DNA from: Candidatus Latescibacterota bacterium
GTDB taxonomy: Bacteria > Latescibacterota > UBA2968
Direction: 5' to 3'
Assembly: GCA_965198115.1 (NCBI GenBank)
Contig: OZ240241.1
Location: 7,776,001-7,840,000, forward strand
Length of the DNA stretch: 64,000 nucleotides
A program made the translations under genes and the position numbers. Under the pieces are notes generated by a model, which saw only the letters and a list, made by a program, of their open reading frames with translations, was not told the DNA's origin and did not search any database. Shown one piece after another: positions 50,694 through 61,153 of this stretch (position 1 is the first letter of the stretch; the number at the start of each line of letters is the position of its first letter).

Positions 50694-52113
50694 GGCTATA
50701 TCCGGATCTCTCAACGAGATGAAGTGGGTGAAGGTGCCGTGGTTCCTGGCATGGGGGCGCGGTTAGAGTGTGCGGAACCTCTTCGGAATCTGCTCAGGGA
50801 TGTTTATGTCTCCGACGGTAAGGAAGATCATATCGTTGAATGCGTCGAGTGTGCGGAATCCGCTGGCTCGGTTCTTGACGATTTGGACGATTCGGTTGAG
50901 GCCTTCGGCGATGGCGTTGGTAAGACGCGTGTTCACGAATGCGAGGACGCCGAAGAAGTGCTGTCGCAGGGTCCTGACGAACTTTCGCAGGGGTTCACGT
51001 CGACTTCTGAGTGCGGACGTCGTCCAGCATTTCAGGAAGCGTTCGGCAGCCCAGGGCGCTTTGTATTCCCAGAACTGCTCGAACTCGTCCTTGAGTCTCC
51101 AGGCTCTATAGATTCGGTAGTTCGCCTTCTCCAGTGCTTTGAGTGTCCGAGTATCCCCTCTGGAGCGTGTCGCTGAGTGCCGGTAGAGGAGCCATCGGAG
51201 GCCCTTCATGGCTTTGCGCTCATCCGGGGCAGCTTTACGCCACTGGTCCTTACGGACCTCGTCAACGGCGGCATTGAGAGCCTTGACGATGTGAAAGCGA
51301 TCGAGGACCAGCTTGGCATTCGGACAGTGTTCCTGGATGGCTCCGATGTAAGCTTCGCTCATGTCGCAGCAGGCCCACTCGATCTTGGATCTCCGGTAGG
51401 GACTGAGAGCCTCTGTGAAGAACCGATCGATCGTTTTACGCGCCCTGCCGCGGCCAACCCACACCACGCAGGAGCGGTCCAGATCGTAAACGAGCGTGGC
51501 GTACCTGTGACGCTTGGCGTAGGAGATCTCGTCGATCCCGATGGTTTTGAGCCCTCGGATACGATGACCTTCACGAAGCCGCGTGATGGATCGGTGAAGG
51601 AGATCCGACAGCGTCGAGGCAGAGATGCGCAGCAACTCGGACGCCGCCTTCTGCGTCATGGTCTGGCAGTAGCGCAGCATGGCATACTCGAAGCGATACG
51701 TCACCCGAGAGAACCGCTCCGCCCACGGAATCTCCTCGACCACACGACCGTGGGTAGGACACCGAATCTCCCGAGGATGGTAGAGAAGCCAGACCCTCCA
51801 CCCGCACACCGGAATGTCACGCCACCGACGCGGATGGGGCATTGTGCGGACGATTTTACCTCGACGGCCGCACTCCGGACAACAACAACCATTCTTATGT
51901 GGCTTTACGGCGATGACGAAGCAGCTTCTCCCCTCAAACCACCAGCTGACAACACGGAACCCCTTGAATCTCAGCAGTTTCGATAGTAATCTGCTCCCGG
52001 TCATAGGTCGCACCCCCTTCGCTTTGATTGTCCTACACACACAACCAAGCGTAGGGAACGATCTATGACCTTGTCATTCTATAGTTTCACCGTTGAGAAA
52101 CCCGGATAGAGCC
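50694..52113 (-). mobile_element. ISL3-family IS, copy 7
   Basis: Same IRs; TSD AGAAAAAC. Confidence 0.95.
50763..52040 (-). CDS. ISL3 family transposase
   Basis: Near-identical copy. Confidence 0.95.
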   Translation of the reverse strand: MCRTIKAKGVRPMTGSRLLSKLLRFKGFRVVSWWFEGRSCFVIAVKPHKNGCCCPECGRRGKIVRTMPHPRRWRDIPVCGWRVWLLYHPREIRCPTHGRVVEEIPWAERFSRVTYRFEYAMLRYCQTMTQKAASELLRISASTLSDLLHRSITRLREGHRIRGLKTIGIDEISYAKRHRYATLVYDLDRSCVVWVGRGRARKTIDRFFTEALSPYRRSKIEWACCDMSEAYIGAIQEHCPNAKLVLDRFHIVKALNAAVDEVRKDQWRKAAPDERKAMKGLRWLLYRHSATRSRGDTRTLKALEKANYRIYRAWRLKDEFEQFWEYKAPWAAERFLKCWTTSALRSRREPLRKFVRTLRQHFFGVLAFVNTRLTNAIAEGLNRIVQIVKNRASGFRTLDAFNDMIFLTVGDINIPEQIPKRFRTL

Positions 52114-52194
52114 AGAAAAACGCCCCTCTCTGCCATCCTCAGAAAGGAGCGTGATACTGTCCTGTCTTTGGCGATCTGTTCGCAGCCGGAGGTA

Positions 52195-52241
52195 CATCCT
52201 GAGCCCCTCGACTTCGCTCGGGATAAACTCCGTCGAAGGGC
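52195..52241. repeat. REP-like palindromic element
   Basis: ATCCTGAGCCCCTCGACTTCGCTCGGGATAAACTCCGTCGAAGGG; a related CCTGAGCGCAGCCGAAGGG lies at ~60479. Confidence 0.45.
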
Positions 52242-52367
52242 TGCTCCCACCGCAAGATCTTGGGAAGAGCATTACCACGCCCGCTCTCCCGTTCGCCCCG
52301 TCTCCCGCTCGTCCGTCTCTGTCTTCCGGCGTCTATCCTCCGAAGTAACGGGGTCACGAAGGAGGAT

Positions 52368-53285
52368 CTAAGGTAAGTCGGTACTCCCCATCAGGTATCG
52401 GTCAACTTCATGGGCGGCCTCGCGGCCCTCCTTGAAAGCCCACACGACCAGACTCATCCCTCGACGCACATCGCCGGCAACGAATAGACCTTCGACCTCC
52501 GTCGTGTATTGACCGACTTCGGCTTTGGCGTTCGATCGAGCGTCTCTCTCCAAATCGAACTCGTCGAGCAGTGTGTCCTCAGGGCCAAGCCATCCCATCG
52601 ACAGCAGGACAATATCGGCCGGCCATGCTTTCTCCGTTCCTTCCACTTCACGGAACGGTCTGCCATCTTCCTGGGGCTCCCACTCGACCTCGCGTGTATG
52701 TAGTTCTTTGACGTTTCCATTCCCGTCGTCAGAAAACTTGAATGTACTGAGCTTGTAAGTACGAGGATCGCCCCCGAACCGTGCCGCCACTTCTTCGTGG
52801 CCGTAGTCGATCTTCAGAATCCTCGGCATCTCGGGCCACGGATTCCCATCCGTCCGTGCCTCCGGCGGCGCGGGGATGATATCGAATTGGTTCAGAGATT
52901 TGCATCCGTGCCGCATGGACGTACCGAGACAGTCGGTGCCGGTATCTCCCTGGCCGAGTACGACCACGTCCTTGTCTTTAGCGGAGATATAGTTCCCGTC
53001 CCCGTGCTTCGAATCCAGAAGACTCCGGGTGTTCGCCTCCAGGAACTCGATCGCCTGGTAAACGCCCTTGAGATCGCGTCCCTCGACGGGAAGATCCCTT
53101 GGTTTAAGCGCGCCGATGCATAGCACGATCGCGTCGAAATCTTCCATCAGTTTCTTTCCCGGGATGTCCGTACCAATTTCGGTATTGAAGACGAAATCGA
53201 TCCCCTCCGCCGCCATGAGATCGATCCGACGCTGCACGGTCATCTTATCCAGCTTCATGTTCGGGATACCGTACATCAGCAGCAA
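52368..53285 (-). pseudogene. gltD: Glutamate synthase small subunit, 5'-truncated next to repeat X
   Basis: LLMYGIPNMKLDK, VLGQGDTGTDC and [16 protein letters not shown] motifs; the N-terminal Fe-S region is absent. Confidence 0.88.
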
Positions 53286-53299
53286 ACGAAGGACGGACG

Positions 53300-53862
53300 A
53301 CCTCGCGAACAATTGACCCCATTTTCTGGAAAATCATGGACTACGAAGAACGGTTAACATATTGGTAAACAGTGGTATAAGGGCGTTTATTGTGATGTTC
53401 TTTGGGGTGGGAAACCGGGCACGAAAAAGCGGTGTTGTCCAGGTGGAAAAATTATTTCGCCAACGACCTGTCGCCAAAGTTATTTGTTCTGGGCGGCGTG
53501 GAGGGGGAAAGTTATTTTTCTTCGTAGCTCTGGCGTTTGGGTGCCGGGGGGGTGATCCGGTCGTCCCCCGCGCGATCGGAGAGACGGGGTCTGCCGCGAA
53601 GAACCTTGCGCGCATCGCGCATGCCTCCGTAAGGGCAACGGAATGGTGAGAACGAGTGCCAACCCAAAGAAAAGGAGACGCACATCGGGTCTGCCGATTG
53701 CCGTCCCAAAGGACGTGGCCTCGATCCGGCTGTTGATCGATACCGTTGCCCGGACGAACGAGTTGCCCCTTCCCGGTGTCGACTCTGTGCACGTCAGGAA
53801 AGCCCTCTTCGAGCGAGAGGACACCTGGCCACGAGGAAAGCGGGTGGAGGGCCTGGACCCGA
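53300..53862 (+). repeat. Repeat 'X', copy 4, with small ORF 53643-53894
   Basis: Homologous to 12714-13241 in inverted orientation. Confidence 0.9.
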
Positions 53863-54101
53863 CGGCTCAGCAAACACGCCTCGAACCCGAATAGTAAAAA
53901 TAAAGAAGTAACATTTCATGAATCCGAATCCCCGAAATTAAATAAAAAGGAGCAACTATAAATGTCGAAAGTTTACGTTGTATTTCGTGAGAAGGTTGCT
54001 CTAGTGAAGAACCTCAGGTTATTGTTCGGGTGTCTACCCGAACACTTATCTCCGCTTCAACCCCCTTTAAACTTCTAACTAGCGTCTTCGTGTTGCCTAT
54101 C

Positions 54102-55067
54102 TCAGCTTCCCAACTCGTTCTCGACAGCCTGGATCATCGCGATGATGTAGCCGAATTGGAACGCCCAGCCCTGTCGAACGCGGCCTGACACGCCCTCGGG
54201 TGCCGCGTCATCGGGATGATGAGGGGCGTGATCGGGCATCAGCATATACGCGTAGCCTGCCTTGTGGAAAATCTTCGCCAGGTTGTGCATATCGACGTCC
54301 CCCTCGTCGGGCCAGACTTCGATGAAGTCGTGGAGCCCACCGCGGATATTACGGAAGTGGACGTTGAAGATTTTTTTCCTCTCAGCGAAATACTGAACGA
54401 TCTCAGGTAACTCTTCAGCCGGATTCTCCAGGCCCTCAGACGCGACGCCACAGCAGAAGTTGAAACCGTTGTAGTCGCTGTCGACCAATTCGGTGTATCG
54501 TTTGAGCCCCTCGAAAACCGGCCAGTTCCATCGATCCACACCCCTCAGGACCGGCGCCGGCGGATCATTCAGGTGACACGCCATCTGAATGCCGTTTTCC
54601 TCAGCCACGGGAATGATGCGCTCGAGGAAGTAGCCCACGCGATCGAATGCTTCGTCTCGGCTAACGACACCCGCTTCCGATAGGGTCTTGTTGTCGTACT
54701 TGTCGAGTTCGAAGGAACTGTATCCCGATCCACCGCGTCCAAACCGTTGTTCTGTCCGTTGATGGGGCAGAATGCAGAAGCCGTAGTTCAGCCCCCGCAG
54801 CCCCGCCTTGTTCGCGTTTTCGATCCCCTTACAGAACGCATCGATGTCTCGATCCCGCTGCGGGTCTTGAGCGAGCGTGATGCTCGGCGGGGTACCGATG
54901 TGAATCATCTCCAGTTCAATCCCCTCCGCAGCGGCCTCCTCGCGCTGCCGGATCAATCCATCGAGATCCGCTGCGCTTGCCGTCCCATCCATGTGTGTCA
55001 CTCCGTGACGCCTCAGAAACTGCAATTCGTGTTTCGAAGTTCCGATTCCCTGCACGCCGACGTACAT
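54102..55067 (-). CDS. uxuA: Mannonate dehydratase family protein
   Basis: MACHLNDPP, GFNFCCG, NVHFRNIRG, DEGDVDM and MPDHAP motifs. Confidence 0.8.
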   Translation of the reverse strand: MYVGVQGIGTSKHELQFLRRHGVTHMDGTASAADLDGLIRQREEAAAEGIELEMIHIGTPPSITLAQDPQRDRDIDAFCKGIENANKAGLRGLNYGFCILPHQRTEQRFGRGGSGYSSFELDKYDNKTLSEAGVVSRDEAFDRVGYFLERIIPVAEENGIQMACHLNDPPAPVLRGVDRWNWPVFEGLKRYTELVDSDYNGFNFCCGVASEGLENPAEELPEIVQYFAERKKIFNVHFRNIRGGLHDFIEVWPDEGDVDMHNLAKIFHKAGYAYMLMPDHAPHHPDDAAPEGVSGRVRQGWAFQFGYIIAMIQAVENELGS

Positions 55068-55119
55068 GGTCTATCTCCTTGTGGGGCTAATCACGATCGG
55101 TATGTTGTGGTCCCGAACA

Positions 55120-55146
55120 CCGGGCGTATTGCCATACGCCCCTACG
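55120..55146. repeat. REP-like hairpin
   Basis: GGGCGTATTGCCATACGCCCCTAC. Confidence 0.5.
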
Positions 55147-55177
55147 ACCACGGTTTCCCCTTCTGCCTTCTCACTGT

Positions 55178-56149
55178 TCACTTCTCACTCGCTTCATTCG
55201 TCACCGCTTGAATCATCGCCTTGATGTAGCCTATCTCGAACGCAAAGGCTTGCTTCACCTTGCCCGACGACCACTCCGGAGCCTGGTCATCGGGGTGGTA
55301 GGGCGCGTGGTCGGGCATCAGCATGTGGGGATAGCCTGTTCGCTGGAAGACTCTCGCCAGCACGTGCATATCGACGTCACCCTCATCTGGCCACACCTCC
55401 ATGAAATCGTGGAGACCGCCCCTGATATTCCGAAAGTGCACGTTGAAAATCTTCTTGTTCGCCGAGAAGTACTCCACGATCGGGGGCAGCTCCCTGGCGG
55501 GATCTTCGAGCCCTTCCGCAGCCGTACCGCAGCAGAAGTTGAATCCGTGATACGGGCTGTCCTTGAGTTCGATGAAACGCTTGAGTCCTTCGAACACGGG
55601 CCAGTTCCATCGGTCCTCGCCGCGCAGGATCGGAGCGGGCGGATCGGGCAGGTGGCACGCCATCTGAACCTTGTATTCCTCCGCCACGGGTATCACGCGG
55701 TCCAACCAGTACTGGAGGCGGGCGAAGCCCTCATCACGGTTGATACGACCCGCCTTGTGAGGCTCATCGTTATCGTACTTATCAAACTCGAAAGAGCTGA
55801 ACTGTGACCCACCGCGGCCGAATCGCGGCTTCGTGCGCTGATAGCCCACAGCCGTGAAGTTGTAGTTCAGTCCTCTCAGTCCGGCTTTCCCTGCGTTTTC
55901 GATCCAGCCACAGACAGTGTCGATGTCCTGATCGCGCTCAGGGGCCGCCAGCGGAATGCTATCTGAAGGAAAGATGTGGATCATCTCGAGCGAAACACCT
56001 TCCGCCTCGGCTTCCTCACGCTGCTTGACGATCAGATCGAGATCGTCCGGATCGATCTGCGTATCCATGTTGTTGACCCCGTGACGCGTGAGGAACTGCA
56101 GCTCCTTTTTCGAGGTCCCGATGCCCTGACAACCCACATACATAGCCAT
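55178..56149 (-). CDS. uxuA: Mannonate dehydratase family protein, tandem paralogue
   Basis: Same motifs as 54102-55067; AAGGAG RBS. Confidence 0.8.
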   Translation of the reverse strand: MAMYVGCQGIGTSKKELQFLTRHGVNNMDTQIDPDDLDLIVKQREEAEAEGVSLEMIHIFPSDSIPLAAPERDQDIDTVCGWIENAGKAGLRGLNYNFTAVGYQRTKPRFGRGGSQFSSFEFDKYDNDEPHKAGRINRDEGFARLQYWLDRVIPVAEEYKVQMACHLPDPPAPILRGEDRWNWPVFEGLKRFIELKDSPYHGFNFCCGTAAEGLEDPARELPPIVEYFSANKKIFNVHFRNIRGGLHDFMEVWPDEGDVDMHVLARVFQRTGYPHMLMPDHAPYHPDDQAPEWSSGKVKQAFAFEIGYIKAMIQAVTNEASEK

Positions 56150-56436
56150 CTCCTTTAACCTTGGGGGGTCGGGTCGGTGAAGACCCGCTGGGTTGATGGC
56201 AAATTAGAGCACATCCTCCAGCTTTCAAAGCGCGTACGGTGAGGACCCTTCGCCGCTTTTCTTCAGCCAGCCTTGACTCCATTCACTACTCAGGTATATT
56301 AGCGCCTGGTGTGAAGGACGCCCCCTGTCCGCGGAAAGGGACCGAGTCCCACCTTCCCTCTTGCACGATAGACATCACAGTCTTCTTTCGGCCCGCCTGC
56401 GGACATCGGGCATACGATTCACGAAAGGAGATTGTC

Positions 56437-57846
56437 GTGGCTACACGATCCTTCCCGCAGTCGCTTCCCGCTTCACCGTCTCTGTCCCAGCTCAAGCTCC
56501 AGGCAAAGGAACTCCGGACAGGCTACAAGTCCGGCAATGTGGATGCCGTCGCACGCGCTAAAGCGTCGCATCCGAAGCCGGATCGGTTGAACGGATCGGG
56601 TCTTTCCCAGGCCGACGCCCTGCTCGTGACCGCTCGAGAGTACGGCTTTTCCAGCTGGCCCCGTCTCAAGAGGCACGTCGAGGACTACGAGGGCGTCGAG
56701 GCCGACATCCGGGACCTTCGTGAGCAGTGGGCAAACGGTGATGAAGCATCGCGAACAGAGCTGATGGGCGGCCATCATAGCCTTCACCGTTTCGAGAACC
56801 TAGATCCATCCTCACCCGAGCTTTCCGACAGAGACGCGCGCATCCTGCTCTCCAACAAGCGCGGCTACGCCCACTGGGTGAAGTACGACAACTATCTCCA
56901 CCTCGACCCGGGCGTGCGTGACGTCATCGAAGCAATCCAGCGGAACGATCTCGAGGGTCTCAAGGCTGCGCTCAACGCCGATCCTGATGGGGCCAATCCT
57001 CACTACGTCCACGGTTACGTACCGAGCGACCCTGACTTCACGAGCTACATCAACGACTCAATCCCTCTATTCGAAGTGTCTGAGAACGTCTTCAACGGCA
57101 CCATCCCCGTTGGGACGAACGAAACCGCGATGGTCGAAGCGCTGCTCGCAGCCGGCGCCGACCCCGAATACGACCACGGCCATCCGATGACGGCGGCTGT
57201 CGGCTATCACGCAATTCACGTGACAAGGGCGCTGCTCGAGGGAGGAGCCAAAGTCGATGGTCCCTACGGCCACGGATGCCCGATGGCATTCGCGCTCCAC
57301 TTCGGCTACACCGAAATGCAGCAACTGCTCATCGACCGCGGCGCCAGACTCGACCTTCGCTTTGCCGCCGGTATCGGCGACCTCGACCGAGTCAAATCCT
57401 TCATCAACGATGACGGTAGCCTGAAGCCAGATGCGGGCATCCAGGCAGATCCCTACACGCGCAGCGAATCTCCCGACGATCCAGAGCGCTACCGGATGGA
57501 ACGCACACGCGAGAACATCCTCCATCAGGCATTCTACTTCGCCTGCCGCTCGGACCATCTTGAAGTGGCCGAGTATCTACTGTCATTCGACATCGATCTC
57601 AACACCTACGTACCGGGCTTGGATCAGAGTGCGCCCGTCATCCACTGGTGTGCGGGAATGGGCAGCTCAGCCGGCGCGACGAAGGTGCACCAGAGCCTCG
57701 AGCCCAGAATCCTCGCACGCGTGTTCTTCCTGTTGGAAAACGGAGCGGACCCCAATGTCGAGGAACGGCGTGGCCGCCGTGCGCTCGCGTGGGCCGCGAC
57801 AGATGCCGTTAAGGACCTGTTGAAGCAGCACGGAGCCGAGGAATAG
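56437..57846 (+). CDS. Ankyrin-repeat protein
   Basis: GTG start with AAGGAG RBS; LPASPSLSQLKLQAKEL / AREYGFSSWPRLK N-domain; ankyrin-like LLAAGADP and LLENGADPN. Confidence 0.85.
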   Translation: MATRSFPQSLPASPSLSQLKLQAKELRTGYKSGNVDAVARAKASHPKPDRLNGSGLSQADALLVTAREYGFSSWPRLKRHVEDYEGVEADIRDLREQWANGDEASRTELMGGHHSLHRFENLDPSSPELSDRDARILLSNKRGYAHWVKYDNYLHLDPGVRDVIEAIQRNDLEGLKAALNADPDGANPHYVHGYVPSDPDFTSYINDSIPLFEVSENVFNGTIPVGTNETAMVEALLAAGADPEYDHGHPMTAAVGYHAIHVTRALLEGGAKVDGPYGHGCPMAFALHFGYTEMQQLLIDRGARLDLRFAAGIGDLDRVKSFINDDGSLKPDAGIQADPYTRSESPDDPERYRMERTRENILHQAFYFACRSDHLEVAEYLLSFDIDLNTYVPGLDQSAPVIHWCAGMGSSAGATKVHQSLEPRILARVFFLLENGADPNVEERRGRRALAWAATDAVKDLLKQHGAEE

Positions 57847-58017
57847 ACATAGCTTGTGGCGCATGGCTTGATCAGCCGAGCGGATCCGGCGTCAAAGACG
57901 ATCGATGTGACGCAATGCCTTGAATTGGGCCGTCTACAAATGAGCTGGATGAGATCGTCTCTTTGATCGAAACAAGGACAGCGCAATCCTGACACGATTA
58001 AACGAAGGAGTACCACA

Positions 58018-58413
58018 ATGGCAGCGACCTTCACCCGAGCCGCCCCCTACAAAGACGACGTAATGAACCTTCCTGTCGAGAACGTGGAAGAAGCCATCCC
58101 TTACTACGAGAAGATCATGGGATTCTCACTCGTCTCCCGATCGAAGGACCCACACGCCTCGGCGGTCCTCGAGCGAGACGACATCTAGATCGGCCTCGCC
58201 GAAAACGGCGGCGACTCGACGCAGGAAGGCGCGTTCTTCGAGGTGGATGATGTGGAAGCCGCCTTCGAGGAGCTTCAGTCGAATGGACTGGGCAAGGATG
58301 AGGCGGGTTATCGCGTCGACCAGCACGGCGAGAAATCGTATCGCGTGTTCTTCATCATCGCTCCGGATCAACTCTGCTACTGCGTGGGCGAAGATGTGAC
58401 GGGCAGCGAGTGA
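58018..58413 (+). pseudogene. VOC/glyoxalase family protein with an in-frame TAG (58186-58188)
   Basis: Own translation: LPVENVEEAIPYYEKIMGF...ERDDI*IGLAENGGD...FFEVDDVEAAFEEL...RVFFIIAPDQLCY. Confidence 0.8.
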
Positions 58414-58892
58414 ATCGACGCGAGGCACTCAAACGAATGGGAACGGTCGTTCTCGCGGTTCCGTTAACACACACGCCTCTTTTGAGCGACAACCACCAGA
58501 GTGGAAAGGGAGTACCGATGCCGGATGTAGGAATGTTCGCAGCAGAGCCCGTCCTGATCGTTCCGGACGTCGAGAAAGCAGCAGAGTATTACCGCGATGT
58601 GCTTGGATTCGAAATCACCCTGATCTGGGGTGACTCCAAATCGAGTCCTGCCACGCACGCCGTGGTCCGCCGCGGCATCTCGATCCAATTCGACAATCGA
58701 CACGCGAACGAGGCGCAGCCTTCAGGATGGACCTACATCCGACTGTCACAAAACCTGGATGGTCTCTATGAAGAATACAAGGCCAGCGGTGCGAACATCG
58801 TCGCGGAAATCGAAGAACGGCCGTGGGGAAAGAGAGAGTTCGACATCGAGGATCTCAACGGATATCGGATTCGCTTCTCCGTCGACGCATAG
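58410..58892 (+). CDS. VOC/glyoxalase family protein
   Basis: VPDVEKAAEYYRDVLGF and RPWGKREFDIEDLNGYRIRF motifs; possible Tat-like RR leader. Confidence 0.85.
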   Translation: MNRREALKRMGTVVLAVPLTHTPLLSDNHQSGKGVPMPDVGMFAAEPVLIVPDVEKAAEYYRDVLGFEITLIWGDSKSSPATHAVVRRGISIQFDNRHANEAQPSGWTYIRLSQNLDGLYEEYKASGANIVAEIEERPWGKREFDIEDLNGYRIRFSVDA

Positions 58893-59115
58893 GGCCAACA
58901 GTTGGCAGGACACAAAAGGGCGACCGTCAAATAGGCGGTCGCCCTTCTTTCCCCGACTCTCGCGGAAAGACCCTTGTCATCCCAGCAGAGCCTGCCCCGG
59001 TGTGCATCTGGGCCGGGGCTTCAGGCCAGGATCCATTCTGTTGTGTGGAAGTCAAGATGGACCCCGGCCAAGCGTACCGGGGTGACATTGTTCATTTTGT
59101 TCCCATGAAGTGAAT

Positions 59116-60407
59116 TCAACTCGGTTGCGACGTCTGTTGCGACCGGCACTCTGCCTTCCACGCGAGATGGGTTTCGCGCATGGCCCGAACCTGATCCGAA
59201 CGGGCGTCGAGCAGATTTTCCTTTTCATCCGGATCGCTCGCCAGATCGAAAAGACCATCCGGTTGCTCATCCGTCATATGAACTTTAAGTCGCCATCTCG
59301 GAAGGCGTCCTCTTTCCTGTACGTCCAGTGCATCGGCCGTTCCCCGCGTTCTTCGCGCCCTTCGAACAGCGGCCACACATCCCGTGCATCCATCACTCGA
59401 TCCGAAGGGACAGACGCACCGGCCAAGGCAGCGAACGTCGCGTAGAGGTCGTAGTGAATCCAGGGCACGGTCGATCGTGTGCCCTGTGGAATGCGCCCAG
59501 GCCACACGGCGTTGCAGGCAACCTTGAGGCCCCGTTCCCACAGCGTTCGACCATAGTCGTTCGTCCGGGAACCGCCCTGATCACTCAAGAAAACGACTAA
59601 CGTGTTGTCCCTGAGACCCTGCGCCTCGACTTCATCCAGCACGCGACCCACACACAGATCCAGATATTCGATCATAAACCGATAGTTCGTATCGGGATCG
59701 TTGCTGTGGTAGTATCCCGGCGGTGCTTGATAGGGTCCGTGTGGGGCGTAGAACGCCAGGTTCAGATAGAACGGATTGTCGTCGCTTTTCCTTCGACGGA
59801 GGTAGTCGATCGCCTCATTCGTGAACAGCGTGTCAAAGTATCCCTGATCCTCCACCGGTTCTCTGCCCCGAAAGAAGTGGCTCTTCATATCCTTGTTGTA
59901 AAGGTGCGTGTAGTAGTCGGCGTGCCCCGCGTTGCTGCCGTAAAACTCATCGAACCCGTGATTCAGTGGATTGAATTTCTCGTCGTAGCCGAGGTTCCAC
60001 TTCCCGAACAGCGCTGTGTCGTAGCCCATGCCCTTCAACAGTCGCGCGATCGTTATCTCGTCGAGCGAGAGACCGTGTTCAGGCTCGGTGGGATTCGGTT
60101 GGCGGTTGATCCCTACACGAAACGGGTGGCGCCCCGTGTTCCAACCACAACGCGCGGGCGCACAAAGCGGCGTGGCGATCAGACAGTTTTCGAACACGAC
60201 CCCGCCCCGGGCCATCGCGTTCATCCGCGGTGTCTCGAACACAGGATCGCCATAGTAGTCGACCGCCTCGCGCCCCATGTTGTCAGCAACCATGAAGATG
60301 ATATTCGGTCGTGAGCCTTGCATGAGCTGCCCCCACACGTCGAACTGAGATATTGCCACCGATGACGCAGCTGCTCCCAGCTGTCTGAGAGCCCCCCGCC
60401 TATTCAC
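59116..60407 (-). pseudogene. Arylsulfatase-like sulfatase, frameshifted near the C-terminus
   Basis: Tat leader, CAPAR, FGKWNLG and FYAPHGP motifs; the frame shifts at ~59283 into VHMTDEQPDGLFDLASDPDEKENL. Confidence 0.85.
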
Positions 60408-60505
60408 CTTGGGCCAACAGAAGTAGGTAAGCGTCGTCCACAGGAGGCCGCCCTCTGCCCCTTGTGTGAGGCGCCTGCCCTGAGCGCAGCCGAAGGGTGG
60501 TTTCC

Positions 60506-60897
60506 TCAGGACTGCCGAACCGCCGTCACCTCGATCTCCACGTGCGCCCCCGCCGGCAGCGAAGGCACCTCAACCGCGTTGTGCGACCGGGAGGCTGAAC
60601 CTTGAAATACTCCGCGTAGACCTCGTTCATCGTCCCGAACTCGCTCAGATCCGTCATGTAGACGACAGATCGAACGGCATCGTCCATCGACAACCCGGCC
60701 TCCCCCAGAATCGCCTGCACATTGTCCAGAGTCTGACGGGTCTCCGCCGCGATCCCACCATCCACAATCTTCCCCGTCACCGGATCGATCCCTTTCTCCC
60801 CCGCCACGTAGACGGTGTCCCCGTATTTGATTGCCTGCGAGTACGGTCCCACGGGAGCAGCGGCCTTATTCGTTTCGATCACTTCCTTCTTAGGCAT
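60506..60897 (-). pseudogene. RidA (YjgF/UK114) family protein with a frameshift near the C-terminus
   Basis: GPYSQA and MNEVYAEYF..PPGRTT motifs, then VEVPSLPAGAHVEIEVTA in another frame. Confidence 0.85.
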
Positions 60898-61153
60898 TTG
60901 GCTCTCCTGAGGTTGTCTTCCTGTCTTCGCGCCTTGGCGTCTTCGTGTCAATCATCTGCTCGGCACGGGAGAAGCAAGTAGTAGAGGACGTCCACATTCA
61001 CGGCAACCGCCTACGACTGAGATCGAAATCATACTGCGAGTAAAGCGGAACGCAACGAGACTCCCCCAATCCGTTTGCGCTTCGAATCGTATGCGTTAGG
61101 TTACGTCGCAATGAGCCAACTGAGCAAACATTGGTCAAGCTCGGATCGTGGAA

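Noticed and set aside
797-58188. Stop-codon reassignment or amber readthrough suggested by several in-frame TAGs
   Set aside because: Intact genes end normally in TAG (purC, DUF4007, ankyrin protein, O-methyltransferase). The internal stops fall where either Trp or Gln is plausible, and a TGA lesion also occurs, so point mutation is the simpler explanation.
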